A stretch of DNA of 64,000 bases, from the NCBI RefSeq assembly GCF_009914755.1, contig NC_060927.1. One strand, given 5' to 3'. Position numbers and translations under genes: made by a program. A model generated the notes under the pieces. The model searched no databases. It saw nothing but the letters and a program-made list of their open reading frames with translations, and was not told the origin of the DNA. Source of the DNA: the human T2T-CHM13v2.0 reference genome, Homo sapiens. This document shows positions 42,807 through 55,129 of this stretch, one piece after another (within the stretch, counting starts at the first letter, position 1; every line of letters begins with the position of its first letter).

Positions 42807-43141
42807 TGTCAGGTTCTGAGGTCCAAGAGGAGTTGGCGGGTGAGTGGCAGGTAGCTGCAAAAACACTCGAGGAATCGTAGACAGTTTCCACGTGGCTTTA
42901 CTCTTTCTCTGGGCATAGAGTGAGCCATATGTACAGCACTAGCAGGATAATTATACCTTTACAGACAATAGTGGCTCTGAGCCAAGCACAAGCTCACGTG
43001 GGTGATCACCTAATGCACCTCACATGGCATGGTTACATAATGCGCGGGGTTGTGTGTCTGCCCTCCAAACCTGCTGAGTCATGTTATGGTGAAAGAGCTC
43101 CTCAGCTTACTCCAGACCAAAGTGCAGCCATTTCCCTTACA
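42807..43141 (-). mobile_element. LTR18A, 3' LTR of HERV-S/HERVL18
   Basis: Minus strand reads TGTAAGGGAAATGGCTGC...AGAACCTGACA (335 bp); polypurine tract GGGGATGGAG immediately upstream at 43142-43151. Confidence 0.9.
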
Positions 43142-43199
43142 CTCCATCCCCTGGGCTGAGGGCCTCATCCAGGCAGCGACTCATGCCCATAGAGCAGAG

Positions 43200-44400
43200 C
43201 CCTGATTCCATAACCCACAACAACTAACTATACAGAGAGCAGAGCTTACTACTAGGATCCCAGCTATGCTACTTGTGACTATAGGGCTCAGCGTAGTCCA
43301 GAGTCTAGGGATGCCCACCATCTCTGCAGGGGGTTGTCAATAAGGCTCTCGACCACCTTAATCTCCCATGAGACCCCTTGCAGGGCTGCTGTTATGTTCT
43401 GCTGATTGTCAGAGATAAAGGTACAACATTGTGTTCCTAAAAGGGCACAGGAGCCTCCTTGGGCAGCAGTTATTATGCCTAAGGCCATTGGTTTTGCAAC
43501 ACCACCTTTCTGATCTGATCAACCTCATCCATTAACAGGAGGAGGGCCAGTCAAGTGTGATTCAGAGCCCGAGCGGTGTGATCTACAAGAGCAGTAACTT
43601 GTGCTTCTATAGTTATGACACCCACTTCAGGGATAGTCATTGCCAAGGAGTAGAACCACCAGAGGGCTCACTGTACTAGCAACAACTGATAGTGTACCAC
43701 CTTCCAGTTTTGTGGGTGTCTGGGCAATGTGGGAGAACAGTGGCAAGTATGTAAGGCCACCCCAAGATACAATGTACAGTCCTGTCTGCTGGTAGGTAAG
43801 GTCACCCTGTGTCCCCACAGACCCATGAACTCCCAAGAAGGGGCACAAAATTCACTGGGGCCCAATCTTGGTGGGGACACTTGTTCCACCATACCTTCAG
43901 TGTGGTGACATGTGTTACATTTACACAGGCCGTGATGGGAATTCATCCCACAGTGGTGTTACCCCAGTGTTGCTCTATGCACTATGGCACCTGGTCTGGG
44001 CATACTATATGTTTTCCCACTAGCCAGCCCCACCTGACATAAACACTATGAGCCAGCCAGGGGGCAGATGTGCCATGGGTCTTGAAGCATCTTTTTTCCA
44101 GAGCTTGCATGTTACATTCCAGGAATTGGCTATGGGACCCCAAGTCTCCAGCCATTTCCAGCACTCTGCAAATGCTGAATGTATGTGCCAAGGCAAGCCA
44201 TCCACAGCTGCTGCTGGAAGGTGGGGTGCAGATACAACAGTTGAAAATATTGATGACCTCAGTGTAGGTGTGGGCCCAGTCCACAATGCAGTTAGAGCAT
44301 GTTAACCTACGGTTGAAGTGACAGAGCAGGCACAGGTACTAACATGGTAAATCACGTCCCCCAAGCAAAATTCAGGCTAACTGTTCATCCCTGGATAACA
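43200..44400 (-). pseudogene. env: Retroviral env remnant (SU fragments, TM with ISD-like segment and CX6CC)
   Basis: MALGIITAAQGGSCALLGTQCCTFI (43288-43488); GLPWHIH SU-like motif; multiple stops and frameshifts. Confidence 0.85.
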
Positions 44401-44559
44401 ATGCACCCCTTGGCAATGATATCACACGTTTTCAGCTCCCCATGGTTTTTGGGTTCCGTATCCCTGCCAAAGTCCCAGGGGAGCTCATAATACACCACAC
44501 AGATAGTAAATATGTCCCCCGGAGGAGCGTTCCTTCCCTGGCCATTCCCCTACAGTTAA

Positions 44560-47243
44560 CTACAGGAGCCATGTATTGAACACTCAAGGAATGACATGCA
44601 AGGCATACTGTAGGCCCTCCCCACAGGGAACTCTGATGGCCAGCCACCAGCAGTGGGGGGCCTGGAGGGCCCGTGCCCACAGCCAGGTTTTCTGTTCCCC
44701 TGCCCTTAGGGGTGTTGGGGCAGGCAACAGCAGGTTACCATTTGTCCACATACCTGGTCGAAGGAGGTCATCCTTAGTGTGTATCTGCAACTCAATGGGG
44801 GTGGTGGCCTAGTGTAACAAGGACTCCACCAGGGCCAGGCTGCCTTTCTGTGGCCATTTATTCAAGGCTTGGAGCATCAGATCAAAACTGGGACTCCAGT
44901 CTTGCAAAGATGGGGGTGTGACATGCAAGCGTAACTCATTCTTCAAAAGCCCATTCTATTGCCCAATCATACCCACAGCTTGCAGGTTGTTTGGCACATG
45001 GAATCTCGACTTTATGTCATTTGTTGTTCCCATTGTTGTACCTGTTGTCTGGTGAAATGTGTTCCCCTGTCACTCACAGTGACCAGTGGGTGACCATACA
45101 GGGCACATAGGTGTGCAGTGCCTGGATGGTGCACTGTTGGTGGGCTACCCTGCAAGGGAGGGCGAACAACAGGCATGTGGCCATGTCCATAGCTGTTAGC
45201 ATATGCATATACCCTTGTGACTTTGGCAGTGGCCTAATGTATTCTACTTGCCATTTAGTCAAAGGCACACAGCCTATTGTTACTTGTTGTGTAACGCTGG
45301 GCAGCTGCCTCCATTTACGGTATGCCTGAGCACGTGCCGGGCATTTCTGTCAAGCCTCCCAAATGTCTTGCATGGGCAGGGACAGTCCCTAATGCTTCTC
45401 GACCTGTTGCATCAGTTTACCCACTGCATGTCCCAGTTTTCAGTGTAGCCACAAGGTCCCATCTCATGTAGGTGCCAACTCTAACCATTGGACCTTGACC
45501 AAGGTGTCTGCCTCATCATTGCCAGGAGTGGCCAAAGGCATATGTCATGACACATGATATATAGTTACTTCTTTCTGATAACCCATTTCCCAGAGGTCTT
45601 GCCACATGACTTGGCCCCAAATGGGTTGGTGGCTGACTAGCTACTTATTTATTTTCCAGGTAGTTAACCACCAAGGTTAAGCCCTGATAGGCTACTCAAC
45701 TATCGGTACAGATTACCATAGGTATCACCTCCTTGAAGATCATACTGCTCTGAAGTCAGCCCATTGACTACTCTGTCCACACCCATTTTTAAACCATATG
45801 ATGTCAGTACCAGGTTGGACTGCAACAGTGGTCCAGGCCAGAGCAGTACCTTGGCTAGACCCATCTGTGTACCATGCCCCACCGGGAATGGGGAGATGCC
45901 CTTCCTTAAACAGTAAAGGCTCAGGTTCTAGAAGTGCCTCAGGTCACATGGCCTTATCTTGCATTAGGACTACAGGTCTCAAGACCTCTTCCAACTTGGC
46001 TGCTAAGCAGCTTGTACTTAGCATACTCCACTTGTTCAAGTAGGTGCCCCACTTTGCCAAAGTGAATGTCTGCACCATCCCTTTGGGGAGGGGTCGTTAC
46101 CCATGAATGCCCCCATCCTGCTATCAAGTAAGTGACTGCAGCCCATCCTGTTGCACTCTCACAAACCTGAAGGGCAACATATGCAACTGTTAGCTGTTTC
46201 TCTATCAAGGACTGCCAGAGCTCAGCTCCCTTCCATAGTTGGGACCAAAAGCCTACTGGCATTCTCAAGTTCTCCGTGCACTGCCACAGGCCCCAACCCA
46301 AACCATCTGTGGTCACATGCACACCCAGCTCAAACAAGTGCCCCTGGTCAACTACTCGTAGGGCTTGTGCCTGCTGAACAGCCCCCTTGGCTGCCAGGAA
46401 GGTGGACTCAGCCGCATCATCCCAATCTCAGGCAGCTCCCTTCTTTATTAATCAATTCAACGGTTTTATCATTTGAGCTAAATGGGGCAAAAATGGCTGC
46501 CAATATTCCAGGAGGCCCACAGAAGTTTGCAGCTGCTTCACCGTGGTGGGCCGGGGATATCCCTAAATCTTATCAATGATAGCCTCTGGGATGGCCTTTG
46601 TCTTAACTGACCAGATAACTCCCAAGAATTTGGCAGATAATCCAGGCCCTTGGAGTTTGGATTCATTGATGGCCCAATGTTGCCACAAGAGGTGCACTGA
46701 AGCTTCTAAATCTGGAAGAGAATCAGAGGTTAATGTAATACTATCTATACAATGGAATAGGCGGACCCCTTCCGGACATTGCCAGGTGACTAAATCTGGG
46801 ACAACTAGACTATGACATATGGTGGGGCTACACACACGACCCTGCAGCAACACTTTAAAAGTCCATTGCCTCCCATCCTATGTGAAGGTGAACTGTTCCT
46901 GGCTCTCTGGAGCCATGTCCATGGAGAAAAATGCACTGGCCAAGTCCACTACATAATGGGACTCTCCTAGTTTTGTCACCAAATGGTCCATCAAATCCAT
47001 AATCAATGGTACAGTTGCATGCAAATGGGGTGTTACTTTATTCAGTTCCTGAGAGTCCACCATCATCTCCCAAGTTCCATCAGGCTTTCTAACTGGCTGG
47101 CCACACTGGAGAATTGTAGGGGCTGTGGGTGCCACACACTATCTGCACCTCCCCCAGCTTTTTAATTATCTCAGTTATCTCCTTATGTCTACCCAGCAAA
47201 CAGTGTTGACGGGTGGAAGTGACCTGTTGGGTTGTCGCAGGAC
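44560..47243 (-). pseudogene. pol: Retroviral pol remnant (RT, RNase H, integrase)
   Basis: PYNSPVWP, WEMMVDSQELNKV, VVDLASAFFS, catalytic site decayed to HCIDSI, KFLGVIW, PVGFWSQLW, WQVEYIRPLP. Confidence 0.9.
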
Positions 47244-47415
47244 CTGAGTTCAGTTTTTCATTTTTGTTTTTTTTTTGTTTTGTTTTGTTTTTCACATATT
47301 TAATGACTGCAATGAAGTTTCCAGATTTAGAACTGGAGCCAGATTTTACCATTTTTAAAATGTCTAATTAAAAAAACATATCCAAATCCAGGAACAGAGG
47401 AATTGCAACAAAGAG

Positions 47416-47416
<1 letters not shown>

Positions 47417-47460
<44 letters not shown>
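47417..47460. repeat. Perfect (TG)22 microsatellite
   Basis: Read directly. Confidence 0.97.
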
Positions 47461-47464
<4 letters not shown>

Positions 47465-48934
47465 CATGTGTATAAATATATCAGCAAAATTCAGGAAATA
47501 TATGTAGGAATAAATACTAACTCTATTAGCCCAGGAAAGAAGAACATATGAACCAGGCTGAATCTTAACCTTGTTTACAAGCCTTTTGCAACGAGCTAAA
47601 TGTGGTTTTAATTATTTGCCTGTTAGGTGACTGAAACCTGGACTCAATAAGTGGCCTACTGTCATATCAACAGAATGAAGGACAAAAAACATATGACTAT
47701 TTCAACTGATGCTGAAAAAGCATTTGACAAAGTTCAACATCTCTTCATGATAAAAAATACTAAAACAAAAATTGAGAGCATACCTCAGCATAACAAAAGC
47801 CATCTATGGCAGACCAACAGCTAACAGCATACTGAATACAAAAAAATTGAGAGCCTTTGCGCTTAGATCTGGAACACAACAAGTTTGCCCACTTTCACCA
47901 CTGTTATGAAACATGGTACTAGAAGTCCTAGTTACAGCAGTCATGCAAGAAAAAAAAAGAAATGGCATCTAAATTGGAAAGGAAGTCAAATTATCCTTGT
48001 TTGCAGATGACATAATCTTGTATTTCGAAAAACCTAAAGACTAAATGGAAAAACTGTTAGAATTAATAAACAAATTCAGTATAGTTGCAGGATACAAAAT
48101 CAATAGTATTTCTATATTCCAACAGTGAACAATTTGAACAAAAAACAAAAAAAGGAATCTGATTTACAATAGCCACAAATAAGATGAAATACTGAGGAAT
48201 CAACTAAGAAGTGAAAGATCTCTGTAATGAAAACTACAAAACATTGATGCAAGAAATTGAAGAGGGCACAAAAAGAAAAGAAATTTCATATTCATGAATT
48301 AGAAGAATTGATATTTTTAAAATGTCCATACTACCCAAAGCAATCTACAGACTCAATCCAATCCCTATCAAGATACCGATTACATTTCTCACAGAAATAG
48401 AAAAATCAATATTAAAATACGTATATAGAATCATAAAAGACCCAGAATAGACAAAACTATCCTGGGGAAAAAGAACAAAACTGGAAGAATCACTTAGCCT
48501 GATTTCAAATTATACTGCAGAACTATAGTTACCAAATCAGCATGGTACTAGCATAAAAACAGACACATAGACAAATGAAACAGAAAAGAGAACCCAGAAA
48601 CAAACGCATACGTAGACTGAACTCATTTTCAACAAAGGTGCCAAGAACATACATTGGGGAAAAGATAGTCTCTTCAATAAACTGTTCTGGGAAAACTGGA
48701 TATACATATGCAGAATAATGAAACCAGACCCCTATCTCTCACCACATAAAATCATAAAATCAAAATGGATTAAAGACTTTAAGACCTCAATCTATGAAAT
48801 TACTACTGAAAACTTTGGTGAAACTCTCCAGGACATTGATCTGGGTAGAGATATCTTGAGTAACGCCCCATAAGCACAGGAAACCAAAACAAAAAGGACA
48901 AATGGGATCACATCAAATTGAAAAGCTTCTGTAC

Positions 48935-49231
48935 GGCCAGGCGCGTTGACTCACATCTGTAATCCCAACACTTTGGGAAGCTGAGGCAGCCAGATCACGA
49001 GGTCAGGAGATTGAGACCATCCTGGCTAATATGGTGAAACCCTGTCTCTACTAAAAAATACAAAAAAAATTAGCTGGGCGTGGTGGTCGGTGCCTGTAGT
49101 CCCAGCTACTAGGGAGGCTGATTCAGGTGAATGGCGTGAACCCAGGAGGCGAAGCTTTCAATGAGCCAAGATTGTGCGACTGCACTCCAGCCTGGGTGAC
49201 AGAGCAAGACTCTGTCTCAGAAAAAAAAAAA
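48935..49231 (+). mobile_element. AluY (older, CpG-decayed)
   Basis: Diagnostics gatcacgaggtcaggaga, ctggctaa, atggcgtgaa; TSD aaaagcttctg(t/c)ac (48921-48934, 49232-49245). Confidence 0.93.
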
Positions 49232-49468
49232 AAAAGCTTCTGCACAACAAAAGGAATAATCAACAAAGTAAAGAGACAACCCCCTACTAGGAGAACATAT
49301 TTGCAAACTATCCTGACAAAGGATTAGTAACCAAAATAAGTAAGGAGCTGAAACAACTTTAAAGGAAAAAAATCTAATAATCTAATTTACAAACGAACAA
49401 AAGATTTGAACAGAAATCAAATTTCTCCTAGCCTCCACAAGAAAAGAAAACATAAAAAGAAAGCATAA

Positions 49469-49772
49469 GGCCAGGCGCGGTGGTTAGTGCCTGTAATCCC
49501 AGCACTTTGGGTTTCTGAGGAGGGTGGATCACCTGAGGTCAGGAGTTTGAGACCAGCCTGGCCAACATGGTGAAACCCTGTCTCTACTAAAAATACAAAA
49601 ATTAGCCAGGCATGGTGGTGTGAGCCTGTAATCCCAGCTACTTGGGTGGCTAAGGAAGGAGACTCGCTTGAATGTAGGGAGTGGAGGTTGCAGTTAGCCA
49701 AGATCGCACCATTGCACTCCAACCTGGGTGATGATAGTGAAACTCAATCTCAAAAAAAAAAAAAAAGAAAGA
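49469..49772 (+). mobile_element. AluS (Sq/Sp-like)
   Basis: Full dimer; TSD aaaagaaa(g/a)cataa (49455-49468, 49773-49786). Confidence 0.93.
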
Positions 49773-50789
49773 AAAAGAAAACATAAAAATGGTAAACAGG
49801 CATATGAAAATGTGCTCATCAGAAAAATGCAAATCAAAACTACAATAACTTATCATCTCACCTGAGATAAAATGATTTTTATCAAAAGTCAGGCAATAAC
49901 AAATGTTGTCAAGGACACGGAGAAAAGGAAATCATTGTATACTTTTGGAGTGAATGTTAATTAGTACAACCACTGTAGAGAACAGTTTGGAGATTCTTCA
50001 AAACTCTAAAAGTAGAGCTACCATATAATTCAGCAATCCCATTTCTGGGTATATATGCAAAAGAAAGGAACTCAGCATATTGAAGAGATATCTGCATTTT
50101 CACATGTATTGCAGCACCATTCAAAATAGACAAGGTTTGGAAGCAACCTGTGTCCATCAACAGACAAATGGATAAAGATAATGTGGTGCATATATACTAT
50201 GAAGTACCATCAGTCATAAAAAAATGATATGTTGTCATTTGCAAAAACATGAATGGAACTGGAGGTCATTATGTTAAGTAAAATAAGTCAGGCACAGAAA
50301 GAGAAACATTGCATGCTCTTACTTATTTGTGGAATCTAAAAAGCAAAACAATTGAACTCATGGAGATAGAAAATAAAACAATGGTTACCAGAGGCTGAGA
50401 AGGATGTGGGGGGCATTGGGTGGGGGGGGGGGGGGGCGGGGTTTGGGGAGATGGGGATGATTAATGTGTACAAAAAAAATAGAAAGGATGAATAAGACCT
50501 AGTATTTGATAGAACAACAGGAGGACTATAGTCAATAATAATTTAATTATACATTTTAAAATAACTAAAAGAGTATAATTGGATTGTTTGTAACACAAAG
50601 GATAAATGCTTTTGGGGGATGAACAACCAATTTTCCATGATGTGATTATTACACATTGTGTGCCTATACCAAAATATTTCACTTATCCCATAAATATATA
50701 CAACTACTAAATACAAAAATTAAAAATAAAAAACTTAACAAAAGAAATAAGTAACCTATTGAACTTGAGATCCAAGAAATACTTTGGTG

Positions 50790-51616
50790 CAGGGCCTGCT
50801 ACATAATTTTTGAGAACCAGTGTGAAATGATAATCTTGTTCAAAACTGTGCTTTTAAAGGTACTAAAATATAAAACTTTTACCTTTTTTGTGTGGTCTTT
50901 CTCTTGACTACTGTTTTTGTTTTTGCTATTTGAAATTTTAAATTATTAGCATGAATTTTATTGCTTATATTGTGAAGTGCAAGCTTTTAATGCAAATATA
51001 AGAGCATTTAACTCATACAGAATCATTGAAATTTACATTTAATAACTCATCATGTGTATGCATTTTATTTTACCAGAACAGTGTAAATGCTGCACAAGAA
51101 TAATCAATTCCTTTTATTTCATTTCTTGAGACTTGAACCTTCTACCAACACTCTCTACTTTGGGGATACGGATGATGCAGTATTCTGTGTTAAAGGGAAG
51201 TAACACAATTAAGAAAAAAAAGGACAGAGTTATTCATTTATTCTTATGTCTTAGAATGCCATTGCTTTCTTTCTATATTAGAAGTTAGTTCTAATTTTAA
51301 CAGGAAGCATGGCTTCTCAGAGCTGTCAGCACACCTGCTTGCTTAATCATACCTGTAACAATCTTACTTTGCACTTGCACTGAGTCTTGTTGAAACCCCA
51401 TGAGCCGTGTGTCCTCTGCAATCTCATTCTCTTGAGGCATCACAATCCATAAGCAAAGAGGGAAGCAAGGGACAGAGAACATGCACACTGCACACATTGC
51501 TTATGTGCATGCTGCATTGACCCACTGGGCATCAGAATATTCAGCCCAACTTGGGGGCATTCTGAGTGCATGCCCCTGTGCAATAACATAGATCACATGC
51601 CCATGAAGTGACATTG
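50790..51616 (-). mobile_element. MER45B-like hAT-Tip100 non-autonomous DNA transposon
   Basis: Ends 'cagggcctgctacataattt' and 'cacatgcccatgaagtgacattg'; degenerate 8-bp TSD ctttggtg / tcttggtg. Confidence 0.75.
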
Positions 51617-51699
51617 TCTTGGTGTTATACAGAAAAAGAGGTTTAAAAACAGGATGATAGAAACATTGTCATGGGCTTATTACATATAATGCACAATAT

Positions 51700-53370
51700 C
51701 ATACAGGAACTCAAATGAAGATTCAAGAAGATACTTCATTAAATTCTAGAATGGCATATTGGTAAGGATTGAACAAGCACTTCTAAAAAATCACTGTAGT
51801 GGATCTCTTCCATAAACTAATGATAAAAATGGGAGATGATGCCATTGGAATTGGCTTTCACAGTGGCAGAGGTTAATCGGAAGCATTGAACAAAAAGAGC
51901 AAGAAAGGTAGATTTACTCTAATAAGTAACATGATAGAAAGGTATTCATAATGGTCTAATCTGGTGTCATAATGGTCATCAATTTTCTAGCAATGAATTA
52001 AATGTATACTTAATCTATACAGCCAAGATAAACAGTGACTATGGAAAATCTGAATGAGAAAATTATAGAAATGTTCCCTAAAGATGTAGACCAAAGACTT
52101 TTATTTTATGCCAAATAAATCTTGGCTCATTACTGTTCCTTATTAGAGACAAATGAAAACAAAAACCACCTGTTCCAATGGTTTGGTACTGATAGACCTC
52201 TAAAAGTATATCCATGGTATAAAATATGGGACATATGAAAGTACCCCCCTGAAGAGAAGGTTCTCAGTAATCAAAAACACAAATACACAATACACACAAT
52301 ATGACTTGAGATATGGATATTTCTTACCTCTTTCCTTAGCATAGTTTGCTAGGTAAGCCTGGGTGGCTTAAACAACAGAAATGTATTATCTCATGTTCCA
52401 GAGTCTAGAAGTCCAGGATGAAGGTGTAGGCAGAGTTTGTTTCCTCTGAGGCCTCTTTCCTTGGCTTGTACATGGCAGTCGTCTCCCTCTGTATTCACAT
52501 TCTCTTCCCTCTGTGCTTGTCTGTGTCCTAATCTCCTCTTCTTATACCAGTCATATCAGATTAAGGCCTGCCTGTGTGAACTTATTTTACATTAATTGCC
52601 TCTTTATCTACCCTATTTCTAAATAAAGTTACATTGTGGGATACTGGAAGTGAGGATTTCAACATGTGAATTTTAGGGGGAAACAATTCATTCCATAATA
52701 CCCATTGATGAATTCATGGGCAAAGCAGCCATGGTGTTAGGAGTAAAAGTTAAGCAGGAGTTCAAGAACATGGTTTCCCTTTGCCAAATCTGATATTGTT
52801 ACCAGCACTGCTGAAAGACTTTCCACAAGCTTTATTGGCTCATGTTGGGCATTAGAAATCATGTCTTAACCTTGGACTTCAGGATACCTTTACATCTAGC
52901 CACGTGGTGATTTCACTGGACCGTTTTCAAAGCAATGACTTCTCTTTGAAAGTTATTCAGTAGCTATTCAATATTCAGTTGCTGTACCTACTGTGAGCAC
53001 AACCTTAAGAGTTAGGTTTTCAGTCCTCTATGCTCTGAGCCACTGAATGATATATCATGCAATCTTTTTCCATAGCTAGAATACATGGGTCCAGAAACCA
53101 AGGAACAGAAGTGGAGCTGATATTTATTACTATTACACACTAAAAACTACTTGTAAAATGCTGATTCTTTGACCTCAAAATCTGGACTCTGCTGGTTTAA
53201 GAAGATCTGCTGGTTGAAGAAGTCTGACCCTAAATCTGGGCTCTGCTGCTTTAAGACATCTTATTGGTACCCAAGGGAGTAATCCTTCCACCAGGGATAT
53301 AAGAAAGTTTCTGTTAAATTGGAAGTTAAGAATCTCAGCTGTCATTTTGGCTCCTAATGATATAAGATAA
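51700..53370 (+). mobile_element. Highly decayed ERVL internal fragments (gag-like, integrase and dUTPase-like pieces)
   Basis: After 52701 'catgggcaaagcagccatggtg' resembles the integrase HHCC region; 'gtacccaagggagtaatccttccaccaggg..aattggaagttaag' resembles ERVL dUTPase (VPxG..LPPG..NWKLR). Confidence 0.6.
52335..52700 (-). mobile_element. MLT1B-like LTR
   Basis: 'gggtggcttaaacaacagaaatgtatt..gaggcctctttccttggcttg..aacaattcattccataata'. Confidence 0.85.
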
Positions 53371-53479
53371 AAAAGCAAACAGTTATTCAATATAACGTTA
53401 AAGGAACCCAAAGATTTCATAATCTGGAAATGTACGTTCAATTTTATATAATGTGTGACCTACTCACTTTTTCTACCTA

Positions 53480-54960
53480 GACCCTGACAAGGGGGAAAAA
53501 AGAGCAAAAATAAATCTGGTTTGGCTGATTATCTCTTGAAATTAGATTATGTGGCCCACACTTTCCAGAACTTGAAAGAGCTAAATCTGCATTTCTGAGT
53601 TTAGCCAAAAATATATGGAAAGCACATAAGATTAAAATATTTTATCAAAAATAATATTAAAAGTATTTTTAAGTTAGCAATATGTCAATTTTCATAATCT
53701 TTTGGAGTATGGCAACTTTAAAAATATACCTACAAATAAAAGGGTAGCAGTTACAATTTATAATAACTTGATAATCTAAGTAAAGCCTTTGCCTTTAATA
53801 TTTTCCAGAAAGTGTAAAATTGGTTAACAAATTGTTGTTTCAAAAATGTTGTCATTTATTCATTTTTTGTTTCAACATAATTAACCATAAATGTATTGTT
53901 AGTCAAAAATGATTACAATTGTATTTATTTACCGATTTTACTTAATTTTTTAATAGACAGGGTCTCACCGTGTTCCCCAGGCTGGAGTGTGGTGGTGCTA
54001 CCATAGCTCACTGCGGCCCAGGCACAAGGAATCCTCCTACTTCAGCCTCCCATGGACATGGACCACAGGCCCTTGCCACCACTCTTGCATAACTTATTTT
54101 TTCATTTTAATTTCTTGTAGAGACAAGGTCTTGTTATGTTGCCCAGGCTGGTCTTGAACCCTTGGCCTCCAGCAATCCTTCTGTCTCAGCCTTTCAAAGG
54201 GCTAGGATTATAGGCATGAGCCACTGAACCTAGCCAAAGAAATTATTTTTGATGGTGGTCATAATGTGACTTTTGGCATATAGTTCAGAAAGGAATTCAA
54301 ATAATTGAGTATCTTATTTTAAAATCCCTAAATTTCCCGACAACTTTTAAGTGAAATAAAATGTCTCCAGGGTTTGAATCTACAAAAATGAAGCAGAGAA
54401 ATAAATCTTATCTTATATTACGTTATGATAGATAAACCTCATTCATGCATCCATGAGCAAATATATTAAAGAGCTGCATTCACTTGATTAATGCATTTCA
54501 AATATAATGCTATTCTTTATGCTTTACAATTACATATCAAAGTCTGTAAAATATGTATGTTGTTTTGAGGAGCTCTTATATAATAATTTTGCCAGAAGAA
54601 ACTTATGGTAACCTGAACTTTCAAAAATGATTTTGTAATTTATTTACATATTTCATGGCTGAGAATTACAATAGGAAAACAAATAAAAGGCTTTCAAGAG
54701 TAAGTAACATATCAGATTAGAATAAAATTTTGTTGAGGGAATAGAATGGAAATATAAGTTCAGGAGGAAAACAATTAGTTACTTTTTACTTGGAAAAAAC
54801 AAGTTGGTGATGTCTTTTTTTTCTTAAGATGACAATAAATATTAAATGTTTATTACATTTAGATTTCAATGGATACATTTTTAAGAGTAATGTAGCAGTT
54901 TTATTTGTGAAGGTTAACATTTAAAACATTATTTAGTTTGCAATTTTAAAATTGTGACAT
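53480..54960 (+). mobile_element. hAT-Charlie-like transposase relic, split by an AluJ
   Basis: Decayed 'LxYxAxxFxxLxELNL' coding ('ttagattatgtggcccacactttccagaacttgaaagagctaaatctg') and a dimerisation-domain-like 'ttttggcatatagttcagaaaggaattc'; boundaries approximate. Confidence 0.45.
53945..54235 (-). mobile_element. AluJ
   Basis: 'agacagggtctcaccgtg..catagctcactgc..ttgtagagacaaggtcttgttatgttgcccaggctgg'. Confidence 0.92.
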
Positions 54961-55129
54961 CAAAAAATTTGGAGACAATTGGGGAAGAATTGGAGGGCTG
55001 TCAGATAGATCCCCAGGGACATTGAAGGAACATGAAGAACATGGGGTATCCTGAAAGTTAAACACAGTTTGAAGCAAAAGCTATCCAATAATCTCAAATA
55101 CAGCTAAGAAGCTAGGTAATAAGACAGAA

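Larger units (their letters stand above)
43142..47243 (-). mobile_element. HERVL18-int (HERV-S) provirus body, 5' part (5' LTR, gag, pro) missing
   Basis: GC-richer 4.1-kb block with class III pol motifs and an env, attached to LTR18A. Confidence 0.88.
47660..50747 (+). mobile_element. L1MA (MA1-3-like) ORF2 3' half plus 3'UTR, with two Alu insertions
   Basis: 'gatgctgaaaaagcatttgacaaa', 'tttgcagatgacataatc', 3'UTR 'gaataagacctagtatttgatag..gtaacacaaaggataaatgct'. Confidence 0.93.
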
